From Octopus vulgaris (lineage: Eukaryota), in the NCBI GenBank assembly GCA_951406725.2, contig OX597838.1, positions 4,030,001 through 4,094,000 on the forward strand: a stretch of 64,000 bases of DNA, in the 5' to 3' direction. This document shows positions 12,432-25,977 of this stretch, one piece after another. The notes under the pieces are model-generated. The model was not told where the DNA came from. It did not search any database and worked only from the letters and a program-made list of their open reading frames with translations. Each line of letters starts with the position of its first letter. The first letter of the stretch is position 1. The translations under genes and the position numbers were made by a program.

Positions 12432-14092
12432 TGTCTGTGAGTGTGTGTGTGTGTGTGTGTGTCTGTCTGTCTGTCTGTCTGTGTGTTTAGTTAGTGTGTA
12501 ATTTCGGCGAAGGATATAGACGTCGATGAGAAAAAACACCGAATATCTGGTGCTTAACGAACGAAGTCCCGAAGATTTACTGGAGTTCAGACATTTCCTT
12601 GTTACTCACGCTCTCGTAAATGCTATGGCGCAGTGATTAGTTTGTTAAAAATCTTTAATTAACGACGCTAATGTCCCCAAATTGAAATATAAAATATATA
12701 AACAAACCAATAGATAGATTATAGCAGGTCGGAGTTCCATCAAACTGCAGTCGATGTTTGTAATTAGAAGACGAAAAGGAAATAAAATAAAATGGTCCGA
12801 CTATATAATATTATATATGTGCTATGAAACAAGAATAGTTTTTTAAAATGTAAGAAATATATATAAAATAGGTTAAGCAATAATAAAGTAAATAACTGAC
12901 AAGATTAAGTATATAAAACGCAATTAATTTAATTAAATTTATTATGTTTGTATGTATGTGTGTATGTATGTATGTATGAAATGTTGAGTCGTACGTAACG
13001 TAGAAGAGGGGGAAAAAACAAATAGGGAAATGGGAAGGAAATACGAATGAAAAGTGTTGAAATATAGCATAAAACACACAGAAAAAATAAATGGATGGAA
13101 ATCTGAGTAACTGGTGTTAATAGGATAGAAACTCAGAGAAGAGGATTGGTGACATTGATTGATAAATTTGAGTTTAATGTCGTCTGTATAAAGGAGGTGG
13201 TGAGTTAGCAGACGACATAGAGAGATAAGAGAAAGAGCATAGCGTAATACTTTGAAATCCAGCCCATTTAAAATTAAAATTAAAATTAAAATAAAAAATA
13301 TTGATTGAAATAGTCATCAATCTTTCCGAAACAACTTCATAATTTTCCGTCAACATCCTGGAAGTTATTTTTTTCGTGAAAAAAGGAAAAAATGATATAA
13401 AATTTTAGCTAAAAAGAATACAAGAAAACGAAGGAAATTCCGAAAGACAACGTATCATTAATTCTTTCTCTATCTTTTTCTTTCTTTTTCTCTTTCTTTC
13501 CTTCTTTCCTTCCTTTTTTTTTCTTGTATCCTTTTTTTTCTTTCTCACCCTCTCATTAGATAATCCCCCACCACTTCTTTTCTTGGCAATTTCGAAGGAA
13601 ATCACTGTCTTGTTCGAGTGCAGGATTCTATCGAAATGCCTTTTGTTAACACTCTTTTTGACTCATTGGCAGCATACGCATGAAGACACACAAACACATA
13701 CACACGAGCAATACATAGATACACAACAAATGCGTACACACAACACACACATACACACACATACACACACGCACATACAAGTTCTGAAACACACGAGCAG
13801 AATGACAACCATATCTTCAAACACATACACTTCTGTTTCTCTTTCAAACATACACGCACTCACACACCCTCAAACGCACTCACTCACTCTCTCACACACA
13901 CAAACACACACACATCTATATTTGCATACGTGATAAGATGAATGCCTCTGTGCAGAAATGCCACTCTCCTGGGTTCTTCATTTCTCTTCCTTGTACGTTC
14001 ACTTTTACAGACATACATACAGACACACTACACACACACGCGCACACACGCATATACACACACATACACACACACACACATATATATATTTA

Positions 14093-14169
<77 letters not shown>

Positions 14170-14760
14170 ATATGTGTGCGTACTTCATTTAATTGTTTCA
14201 GTCATTTGACTGCGACCGTTCTGGAGCACCATTTTAAAGGGTTTTAGTCGAACAAATCGACCTCAGGATTTATTCTTTGTAAGCCTTGTACTTATTCTAT
14301 CGGTCTCTTTTGCCGAACCGCTAAGTTACAGGGACATAAACGCAACAGCATCGGTTTTCAGGCGATGGCGTGGTGGACAAACACTTTGCTTTCGTCCTTT
14401 CGCTTTCGATAAAATGAGTACCAGTTGATCACTGGGGTCGATTTAATCGACTCACCCCTTCCTCTGAATTTGTTGGCCTAGTGCCAAAAATTTGAAATCA
14501 ATATTATTATCATTATTATTATTATCATTATTATTATTATCATCATTCATTATTAGACGATCCGGCAGAATCGTAAGCACACCATACAAGATTAGTGGTA
14601 TTTCGTCCGTCTTTATGTTCTGAGTTCAAATTCTGCCGAGGTCGAGTTCATCTTTCATCCTTTCAGGATAGACAAAATAAGTACCTGTGGAATACTGGGG
14701 TCGATTTGATCGACTAGCCCTCTTCCCCAAAATGTCAGGCCTTATAGCTATGATAGAAAG

Positions 14761-14802
14761 GATTATTATTATTACTATTATTATTATTATTATTATTATT
14801 AT

Positions 14803-14862
<60 letters not shown>

Positions 14863-14887
14863 CACCACTACTACTACTGCTACTACT

Positions 14888-14931
<44 letters not shown>

Positions 14932-14946
14932 TATTATTATTATTAT

Positions 14947-14988
<42 letters not shown>

Positions 14989-15013
14989 CACCACTACTAC
15001 TACTGCTACTACT

Positions 15014-15099
<86 letters not shown>

Positions 15100-15100
15100 C
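14761..15100 (+). repeat. Compound trinucleotide microsatellite (ATT/ACT/ACC/ATC), duplicated as a block, in the intron upstream of the GPCR exon
   Basis: The pattern (ATT)n(ACT)n(ACC)n ACT GCT ACT (ATC)n occurs twice in tandem. Confidence 0.9.
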
Positions 15101-15259
15101 GTTTTGTTCGAAACTGCAAATAAATATAAAATAGAACGCACGTCTAACAATTTTATTTATTTTCCTTTGCAGTGTCCAAAGAGAGAAGAGGAAAAAGAGA
15201 ACAACAACAGAAGAACAGTGACTACTACTACTAATACTACTACTACTACTACCAGGACA

Positions 15260-16390
15260 ATGGAGTACACAGGAAGCCCCGTCATGACTGCCGTGACGCA
15301 CAACATCACTTTGGAAGATCTGAATGATGAGAAGGCAATGCTACGCATACCGGCCATTATATACACCATCATCTTAATGGTTATCGGTCTTTTTGGCAAC
15401 ACCATCACCTGTTATATCTACGGATACCGACTGAAAATGTTGCCCACACACTGTTTCATCATCGTTCTGGCCATATTCGACATCTTGTCCTGTTGCATCG
15501 CCATGCCGACAGAGATCTTGGATATGCGTTATCCCTTCATGTTTCCGTCAATGATTGCCTGTAAAATACTCCGGTTTCTCTCCTATTTCACAACAGGCAG
15601 TTCCAGTATTATACTTCTTATCATTGCCGTGGACCGCTACAAGAGGGTGTGTCGCCCGTTCAAACGACAGATTTCCGTGAAAGAAGCCAAGATCATCGCC
15701 GTCGTCATATCGGTAATTGGTATCGGAGTCACCTCGCCCATGCTCTATGCCTCCGGCAAAATGACACACCCAACACGCATACCCTATATCAACGGCACCG
15801 ACTGTTCTATTTCGGATAACGTGCGAAACACTAAATTCCCGAAAATCTATTTCGGTATTTTGTTCCTCATCATCATCTCGTCGTTTGTGGCCATGTCCAT
15901 CTGCTATTTACTACTCTGGCTGGAGGTGAAGAACCGCTGTTCGAATCCCATCGGCAGCAACAGGAACACGTCTAACGCCCCCATCGAAATGCCAAACAGC
16001 CCGCAGGCGTTGACCGACGAACGATCGAACAGCAAAACCCTGAATCGTACCAACCTCACTGTCTTCTTGGTGACGCTTCTCTTTATCCTCAGTTACATCC
16101 CTTGCCTCTCCCTGCAGGTGGCGCGAACCATCATCCCCTACGAACTCGACATGAACCCCGTCGCCGAGCTATTCTATTGCATCGGAATGCGATCTTACTT
16201 CCTCAGCAACTCGCTCAACCCCATCATCTACGGATACTGCAACCGACAGTTCGGCGACGAATTCAAGCGATTGTTTTCGCGTTACAAAGAAGTCTCCCGC
16301 AATCTGAAAAACGGTCGCGTGTCCAAGAATTCCGACAGTTCCTCTTCGTCTGGCAAACTTCAGACGACAATATGCGAATGCAGCAGCTGA
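15260..16390 (+). CDS. Orphan rhodopsin-like (class A) GPCR, 376 aa, single coding exon
   Basis: Seven hydrophobic segments with GN (TM1), LAIFD (TM2), C..IAVDRY (TM3), FILSYIP (TM6), SNSLNPIIY (TM7) and helix 8 NRQF. N-terminal NIT sequon. Acceptor ttcctttgcag at 15172 with branch-like ctaac. First ATG after the acceptor is acaATGg at 15260. Confidence 0.92.
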   Translation: MEYTGSPVMTAVTHNITLEDLNDEKAMLRIPAIIYTIILMVIGLFGNTITCYIYGYRLKMLPTHCFIIVLAIFDILSCCIAMPTEILDMRYPFMFPSMIACKILRFLSYFTTGSSSIILLIIAVDRYKRVCRPFKRQISVKEAKIIAVVISVIGIGVTSPMLYASGKMTHPTRIPYINGTDCSISDNVRNTKFPKIYFGILFLIIISSFVAMSICYLLLWLEVKNRCSNPIGSNRNTSNAPIEMPNSPQALTDERSNSKTLNRTNLTVFLVTLLFILSYIPCLSLQVARTIIPYELDMNPVAELFYCIGMRSYFLSNSLNPIIYGYCNRQFGDEFKRLFSRYKEVSRNLKNGRVSKNSDSSSSSGKLQTTICECSS

Positions 16391-16921
16391 CTTGGCTACA
16401 AACGGAAAACGTTTGATGTAAAATCTGCAAACACTATGAACTGAACCACAACCCCTAGCCCTACCCACCACACCGCAACACCTTACCCAACCCACCCAGA
16501 CTTTTTTTTTTGTATTTTGTATTTAAATATTGGGAAAACAAGAAAAAAAATAAATAAAAACTGCTTTTATCACCCACCCTCACACCCAACACCACACAAA
16601 AAAAATTGAATACCATTTTTTGGGTGGGGTTGCGTTTCATTTTTTGATCTGAAAACTGAAAAGAAAAATTTTTTCATTTTTTTTTTTTTGGGAACTGAAT
16701 TGACCATTTCTTATTTCTTTTGATATGGACATAATTTGTCTTAAACATTAACTGGAAAAGCCAAAACGAAGAACGGTAACTTTGTACATATATATAAATG
16801 TATATATGTAAATATATTTATGTATATATATTTATATATATATATATTATATATATGTATAAATATATATGTATAAATATATATGTATATATGTATATAT
16901 ATAAGTGTGTATGTGTGTATG

Positions 16922-16963
<42 letters not shown>

Positions 16964-18327
16964 CATACATACATATATATATATACATATACATACATAC
17001 TTACATATATGTGTGTGTGTGTTTGTATGTGCATGTATATGCATATGTGTATATGTTTGTCCATCTACGTCTTAGAAAAGCAAGGAATGTATTTTATTGC
17101 TCTCGTGGTTGCTGTTGCTGTTGTCATTGCTGCTGCTGCTACTAAGCAGGACGGGGGTAGTAGGGGCAGAGGTATTTTTCCTTGTTAAAATGACCATGAC
17201 ACCATTGATCACGACGAGAACACCTTTGATCATACATGTGCTCACTAAAGTCTGACCCGGGGTTAAACGACAACTATTACCACTTATACAACAATAAGCT
17301 GTCAAACGTGCCAAACAGAGGGAAGGGTCCTATGAGGTTACCAGATTTGCTTGATATAGCAACCAAAATATCCCTCAAACTACACGACTATCGTCTTGAA
17401 AAAAGAAGAAAAATCCGCAAATTCAGAGTAGTGCGTTTGTGAACATATTATACTTTAAATAAGGTCGAGTTGGTCACGGCTGGACCATCAACAACGCCAA
17501 CAAATACTTACGTATAGATATGTTGTGTCTTCTCTTTGTCTCTTCAACCGCTACTACTGCGGCTTCTGTTCTTCTTAACTATCTACCTGTATAATAACAA
17601 CCCCCGTTGCTCGATCTTCTAGAAATAACAAACAAATCTCTCTTATTTCATTTCGTACTATTTTTTAAAAAAATGTATTGAACTATGTGATCCTTCGGAT
17701 TGGGTGGGGAGGGGTGCACATAGGGAAAAATAACAGGGTGGTCATGGATGGAAATCCTTTCATCAACAATCTGCTCAATTACTTCTGGGCTGGGATGACC
17801 TGGATCTCAACAGCAACCCGTATTTTTCTCCTCCCGACACCCTCCTCACTTCATCTCATCTATATATACACATTTATATATACGTATATATATGTGTGTG
17901 TGTGCGTGTACGTAGATGCATATATGAATGTATGTATCCCCACTGGCCTACAGAGCAAGATGCTCTAGCCGAGACATCAATTGCTTCAATATTCCATTAG
18001 CCATACTTATAGGAACAGCAATGGGTTACTGGCACCGACGTACGCTTTTCGACTATCACATATATAAACCTGTATATTAACAATAGGGGAGAGAGAAGGT
18101 TAACTTGATAGGTAAATCCTGAGTTTTACAAATCAGAAGAAAATGGAAAATTCATTTAAACTAAAGCGCTCAAGTATTAATATTTTTAATACATTTCATC
18201 AAAATAGTGAGTCCAATAAAAAGGTTTTTATTTCGTTTAAGCGTCCTTGACGTGTTATCGAACGAAACAAAGCACTGTTTGTTAAACTCAATATTCTAAT
18301 AAAACATACACACACACACATACATGT

Positions 18328-18388
<61 letters not shown>

Positions 18389-18537
18389 CAATTAAGATTC
18401 AAGTGAGTTCTATTTGAGTTCACAAGAATATGGTACCTAACTTAGATGCACCAGAAATCTATATGGTATTAACCATAAGATAATGCGGGGTGATTATAAA
18501 TAAGAAAAAAGCAACAGATCTCAGATCTCAGATGTTT

Positions 18538-18626
18538 TTTCGGCTGATGAGTACGGGTCACTTATATTTACTGCAATATTTGTAGCCTTAATAAAGCTGT
18601 CTTCGTACGAAACAATTGTACCGAAA
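18538..18626 (+). ncRNA. Type I hammerhead ribozyme, canonical core, long loop II
   Basis: UUUCGG-CUGAUGA-GUACG-[48 nt]-CGUAC-GAAAC-AAUU-GUA-CCGAAA. All three stems pair, stem III ACAAUUGU is palindromic, and predicted cleavage is after 18620. Confidence 0.8.
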
Positions 18627-18656
18627 TATTGATCCATTCTTGTTGCTTTTTTCTTA

Positions 18657-18724
<68 letters not shown>

Positions 18725-19328
18725 ATAAAAAGTGAGGAGATATGAGAGGTGAATATATTTATTTAACCACTTGATATTGAAAATCATTTCGCTGCTTTCA
18801 TGTGAATATGTTTTCAGTGTGTAATAGATTATTTCATGTGTCTACACAAATACGTGTCATGGCGTGGGTATGCACGTCTGGTGTAAAACAGTATTACACA
18901 AATAAATATAGTTGGCTGTGGTTATCTAAAAATAACCTATCGCAGAAGTATATGTTAACACAGAACGCGCTCAGTGCTACTCGAACGTGGACACGATACG
19001 CTGTATTCACTGTTCAACTACCGACTGTTAAACCAACACACGTCGAACTAGCACCGCCAACTACGCCGCTGACTGTTCACTCACTCCTTATTTATTGTAA
19101 TCGGTTATTCCATCTTCAGTCACGTGGATTCTCCCATAACAATATGCATGCTACGCATTGCACAACACTGTACAATTGTACATTTACAAACCAATGGAGA
19201 TATAGAAGGCTTGCTCTTCAAATCATTCAAATCAAGTCAACAGAGCATTATGATTACATCGGCGCTTCAACTTTTAAAAAAAAGTGAGGCATTGGATAAA
19301 AATGTAAATCTTCAGATACTCTTTCTTC

Positions 19329-19376
<48 letters not shown>

Positions 19377-19842
19377 TAGTCTTGGTATAAAAGATGGGCT
19401 ACAGCAAATATTCTGCTCAATACCACAGATTTGTTTGACCTTAACCAGTTGAGCATGTCCCTTAGTGGCTGACGATATGTGCATCCCTGATCATGAACAG
19501 AAGTAGTGGGGGAGCATCATAGCCATGTGTTGAGAGGGATTCTTTGGGGTTTGGATAATTCACCCCTGGAAACATGGGTGTTTCGTTCAACATCCTAAAA
19601 CAATCCTTATTCAGGGACCTATTGAACGGGATGGGCTACTCGACCAGAAGAAAATTCTAACTGGGCCCCACCTGCAAGGTCATGCGCTGTTTATCTTAAT
19701 ATGAGATTACCATGTCGTGCACATATTGTTGTGATGCATGTGCTTGGTGTACCCTTATCAGACGGGTAGTCATGATGGGTATATTGGGCTTCGTATATTT
19801 TACCCCAGTGTCACTTTGATGGCATGAACTTCTCTCTCACTC
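19377..19842. mobile_element. ~465-bp non-coding insertion inside an (AAT)n tract
   Basis: Complex sequence bounded on both sides by AAT repeats (19329-19376 and 19843-19860), with no long ORF. Confidence 0.5.
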
Positions 19843-20071
19843 AATAATAATAACAATAATAACAACATACAGGATGCTCGTAGCTGGAACGCCATCCGAA
19901 TCACGAACCACGTGCTTGCTCTATTCAGGGTAGACTTGGGACAAACTGGCTACACTAACAACCACAGCAACAACAGTAACAACAGCAATTAAGATAAAAC
20001 GTACCGAAGAAGTAATAATAACAGCAATTATTATTATAATTAATAATAATCATAATATTCACATTGGTAAT

Positions 20072-20141
<70 letters not shown>

Positions 20142-20870
20142 GATGTAATGATAATGAAAAAAAGACAATAAAGACAGAGATGTCTTAAGAACAAACGAAC
20201 AAAAAAAAAACAAATTTTTGGTGCATTTTCTTCATTGTAGTTATTTGTGAAAAATCCAGATTTTTCTTTTTCTTCTTTTTTTGGCAACTCTGTTCATATT
20301 CTTCCCTGTTGAAAACCTTTCAGAACCCCCCAAAACATTTTTTTTTTTTTTGTTTGTTTTGTATTTACCGTCATAATACTTTCTCACCATCACCACCACC
20401 ACTAACACTACCACCAATACCACCACCACCACCGCCGCCACAGCGAGATCACACCTTATATTTTCTTTTTTTTTTTTGTTTTATCAAACTGTTACCTTAT
20501 ATTTCCTGCAATTCTCCAAACTTTTAATAATATCCATCAGCATTTATTTCTTCCACATATATAATACATACATATTTATACGCATGTATGTATGTATATA
20601 TGTATGTATGTCTGATGCGTGTATTTATATTAGCTGTGAATACATCAGGACTTGGGCAGCGACTTAGATTTTCGAGCTGGAACACTTGTCTACCTACCGG
20701 CAAGAAAATCAATCTCCATCGGTAACTCCTGGATTATTCTCAGCTAATAAATAAGATATACTCTACTTCACGTATTGAGTTCATTTTTGTTTGTTTTTGT
20801 CTTCTTTTATAAAATCAAAATGTACATATATGTGTGTCCGTATGACGAGCATCATATATATATATATGTC

Positions 20871-20941
<71 letters not shown>

Positions 20942-21204
20942 CATACATATATATGTATATACATATATACATATACATATATATGTAGGTATATATATAT
21001 ACATACATATATATATATATACATATATACATATACATATATATGTAGGTATATATATATATATATAGAAATATAGTATATATATCATAACCCTGAGTGT
21101 ACATATATTTATATGTGTGTGTGTATATATATTTGTGCGTGTATATATATATATACATACATATGTATATAGAAATACATACATATATATACATATATAT
21201 GTGG

Positions 21205-21297
<93 letters not shown>

Positions 21298-21702
21298 ATC
21301 GTTGGAGGTGACAATTCCTGCTCGAAAAGGCGAAAATCACGGTGAAACTAGGAAGAAACAGTCAGCTCCAATATTGAATAAATAAACAAAATAAAACAAG
21401 ACTACTTTTGGGGTTTTTTGTGTGTTTTTACTTTTGATGTATTTGTGTTTTTGCTGTGTTTTTTTTCTCATTAAATCTTATAAATTATTAAAAACGAGTC
21501 TGAAAAACCAGGATGTGTGTGAAACTCTAAGTAATGCTGTTCTAATTCATGAACTGATTGATTATATTAGCATCTACTTTATAAACTCTATTGAATGCTC
21601 TTTCCAATGTACAGATAACCCATGTGTATATTTATATATATATATACACACCCACGAATATATGTATGTATGTATGTATGTTTGTTTGTTTGTATGTGTC
21701 AA

Positions 21703-21744
<42 letters not shown>

Positions 21745-21830
21745 AAAGGACGTGTTATAATACACACATATATATAATGTTGAACCGTTAATCTCTACGC
21801 AGTTTTCCTCCATTTTTTTCCCTCTTAATC

Positions 21831-21866
21831 CTTTCTGTCAAAGAGCGTCGGCTCGAAACGTCAAAC
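21831..21866 (+). ncRNA. Degenerate hammerhead-like motif, CUGUC(G/A)A core (family copy 2)
   Basis: CUUU-CUGUCAA-A-GAGC-GUCG-GCUC-GAAAC-GUC-AAAC. Downstream gactttt..attcttcc.gagcgt is shared with the 11993 copy. Confidence 0.45.
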
Positions 21867-22569
21867 AGACTTTTCTATTCTTCCCGAGCGTACAGACGTG
21901 ACTGCGTGACTGTGTGGTAAGAAGCCTGCTCCCCAGCCACATGGTTCCAGGTTCAGTCCCTCTGCGTGGCACCTTGGGCAAGTGTCTTCTACTGTAGCCT
22001 CGAGCCGATCAAATCCTTGTGAGTGGATTTTCTAGACGGAAACTGAAAGAAGCTTATCGTATATATATATATAAATATATGGGGGAAGTTGTTCCCCACC
22101 GCCGTTGGGCAACCGGTGTTTACGTCTCCGTAATTCAGTGATGTTTTCTTCCTAATGAAATGCGCTTCCGCGATTCTGAGGTTGACTGCATCCGTCCCCT
22201 TCGTCAGGCTTGGTCACGTACGCAGAATAAGCGTTAAAATGGCGACCACCTAAAATTCAGAAGCTCCATAGGACTAAGAACCTCTGTCGTAAAGAATCTG
22301 AAGACGAACTGAAAAAACGCTTCTTGGATATAACAAGGCATTGGAACGGGCAAGAATGGTGTAGGAATCATCGAAGGCTTATTTCCAGAATGGGCTAAAA
22401 AAAAATGATCTAGAAACCTTTTTTTTCAATGTTTGTAGCTTCGATTTTCATTCTCCGAACCATTCCGTTTTAGCTATTTGTCTGATATCTCTACCTGTCC
22501 GTCGCTCTCTCTCCCTCCTCTATCTATTTATCTACCTAATTATCTATCTATCTATCTATCTATCTATCA

Positions 22570-22633
<64 letters not shown>

Positions 22634-23637
22634 GCTTGTCGGTCTGTATTTATCTGCCTGTCTATCTCTCTATCTGTCTATTTAATGTTTATTTAACAAT
22701 CTGTCGGTCTATGTTGGGCTATCGATCTTATCTATCCATCTATTTGTCCATTTGTTTGTCTGTCTGTCTGTCAACCTTTCTAACGTTTATCTATCTATCT
22801 GTCTGTCGATATGTATGTTGATCTGACTGTTTATCTATCTGTCTATCTATCTCTCTATCTATCTGTCTGTCTGTCTGTCTGTCTGTCTATTTAATATTTA
22901 ACTATCTCTCGGCCTGGCTGTCTGTCTATGTATCTGTCTGTCTGTCTATCTGTCAGTCTATCTACATAGACACGTACTCACCACACATATACGTGTGCAT
23001 GCGTATGCGCACGCGAGCGTGTCCGCGTGTGAATGTGTGCGTCCGTTTTTTGTACGTGTTTAAAAATGTTTTCATTGACGTCACGACATGTCGGCTGCCA
23101 TTTTGTCAAAGTTATGTTTTTTATTCGCTTCTCTATTTTTTTGCAGAAAATTGTTACACAAAATGCCAATCGTTAGTCATGCCAATCATTAGTCATGCAA
23201 TCAACTATTTCATTTAAGTCCTTTTGTGTGTACATCATCAACAAACCAAGAAAACGAGGTAAAGAAACAAACAAATGATTGATACAATAAACAAGCGAAC
23301 AGACGATCTAATGAGGACGGCAGGCGCTGAAAACAGTTTAAAAGTATTCAGAGATCGCTCGCCTTTACAAATGTTTGTTTTGTCATATTTTCACTAAACA
23401 ATGTTTATTAATCGACCACATGAGAAGTGTTGACTGTTTTGTTTGTCGGATTAGTGGTTTAGGACGCTTTATTTATTGCGTGACATCTTTAAGAATACGA
23501 AAATGCGTCAACGAATAAATAAACGAACGCATGGAGGAGAGGGTGGGGATGATTCGAACTACGCAGATTATTGTTCGGTTGTGTTACACGCCTGTGTCTC
23601 GGCAAGTGATTGTAACAAACATGCAGACTAAAAGTAA

Positions 23638-23692
<55 letters not shown>

Positions 23693-23695
<3 letters not shown>

Positions 23696-24071
23696 TGCTT
23701 TCTAATTGATGTATCAATACCGGCAGATGACAACGTGTCTCTAAAAGAAATGGAGAAACTTTCAAAATACAAAGACCTGGAAATACAGGTAACCAGAATG
23801 TGGAATCTAAAAACAGAAACAATTCCTATCATAGTAGGTGCATTAGGCATGATAAAAAAATATTCAGACAAATACATAACAAAAACACCAGGACTTACAA
23901 ACACATGTAACATACAGAAAATTGCACTACTAGGCACTGCACACATCCTACGCAGAACACTTTCCATACAATAACCATCAGAGCATCACAACAAATCACA
24001 GCACATACTCAAGGCACACAGAGCTGCGCTCGGTAGTGAAGTGAAAGCACGCTATAAAAATAAAACTACTG
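23693..24071 (+). mobile_element. 5'-truncated R4/Dong-like non-LTR retrotransposon (restriction-like endonuclease C-terminus plus 3' UTR)
   Basis: KCFLIDVSIPADDNVSLKEMEKLSKYKDL...PIIVGALG...IQKIALLGTAHILRRTL matches the RLE domain C-terminus. Starts right after (AAT)n and ends in aatgataataa. Confidence 0.8.
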
Positions 24072-24579
24072 AATGATAATAAAAATAAATTTGGGGTCAG
24101 AGGAATAGTCGATTGTATCGGCCCTAGTGTTTGACCATGAAAGGATGAAATGTAAAGTTGACCTCGGCGGAAATTCAACTCAGAACGTCAAAAACGGACG
24201 AAATACCGTAAAACATTTTCACCGACGTCCTGACGATGCTGCAACTTTTTTCTCCTTGTTATAGCATTTAGAATTTGTTTCTAGAAATCTCCAGAAGCTT
24301 TACTCTTCAACTTTTTTTCTCTTTCTTTTTTTTTTATCTTTTGCGTAATTCCACTCAGCTTCGGGCGATTTTCGAAATTCTCAAATTTTATTAAAAAGAA
24401 ACAAGAATAAAAAGAAATCGATGGCGCTTCGAGTCGGTTCTATTTTCTGGTGGCACAGAATTCTTTAAAGCAACTTCCCATTTACATCCGCACACACACA
24501 CACACACACACTTACATGCACACATGCACACACACACATATGAGCATGTGTACGTTTGTGTATATGTGAATATACGCAG

Positions 24580-24666
<87 letters not shown>

Positions 24667-24741
24667 CGCACATATACATACGTATACGTACACGCACACA
24701 CACATGCGTGTGGATACATATGTGTGTATGTGTATATACAC

Positions 24742-24797
<56 letters not shown>

Positions 24798-24820
24798 TTA
24801 TATATATATAAGCGTGTATG

Positions 24821-24856
<36 letters not shown>

Positions 24857-25048
24857 CGTGTGTGTACGGATACTTGTACGTGTGAGCATACATATGCATA
24901 TGAGTGTGAGTGTGTGTGTGTGTGTGTGTTGCCGGTTTACGTGTCAATTTCTCTCGAAACTATTTTCATATTTAACCGAAAATACGCAACAACAACAACA
25001 ACAACAACAATGATAATACATGAAAATAAATAAGCAAATAATAATAAC

Positions 25049-25101
<53 letters not shown>

Positions 25102-25409
25102 TTTGTCCCCTTTCCAACTCGTGCTGAACGCGCTAACACCCACATAGAATTTCCTATCTATAATTTGTATCTGATCTCATGACACACGGAAATAACAAAA
25201 TATCTTGAAAATTTAATTGGTTTAACACCCTGGAGCCCCACCCCCACCCTCCCCACATCGTTCGTCTACCTCTGTCCCCGCTCTGCCCCCCTCCTTCCTC
25301 CATTGTACTTCCTATATAGTCTCAAAGGAGTAGAGAGGGCAGAGCGGATTATATACATATATGAATACATATATACATACATATATATGTGTGTGTGTGT
25401 GTGTTTGTG

Positions 25410-25441
<32 letters not shown>

Positions 25442-25698
25442 ACATAAATATATATGTATAAATGCGTTGGGGGTGAGTCCCCAGACAAATCTTCTATTTC
25501 CAACTATCCAAGAGGAAGAGAAACCATGGAAGACCTTGACGGAATTTCAAAGATTCTGCGAAAAAATGGAATTTGAAGCGGGAAGGAATTGATCATAAAG
25601 AATGGCAAACCCAAGCGAAAAACCAATCAGAATGGAGTTAGCTTATTAAGTCAAGCCATACCCATGGGTAGACAGTGTCGCGACGTTTGACTGCAGAT

Positions 25699-25784
<86 letters not shown>

Positions 25785-25977
25785 TTAAGACATTGAGAAA
25801 GACAACACAAGATGAAAAAGCAAATATGGAATGTGGTATTGCTTTAAAGCTTTAATTGAAAAGGATGGGAGACCCCTAACGTTTCGGACGTTGGTCTTTC
25901 ATCATAAAGATAGAAAGGAAGAGAGAAGCATAAGAATAGTGAGTAGTAGAATTAGTGAAAGAAAAGCTATATATATA

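Noticed and set aside
14687-15172. N-terminal 162 aa of the 567-aa ORF
   Set aside because: SINE tail plus trinucleotide repeats upstream of a clear acceptor. Treated as intron, not CDS.
18802-19287. 161-aa ORF in non-repetitive DNA
   Set aside because: No recognisable domain or supporting splice structure. Cannot be supported as a gene.
22165-22212. Minus-strand CUGACGA-AGGGG...CCUC
   Set aside because: No GAAA or stem III follows.
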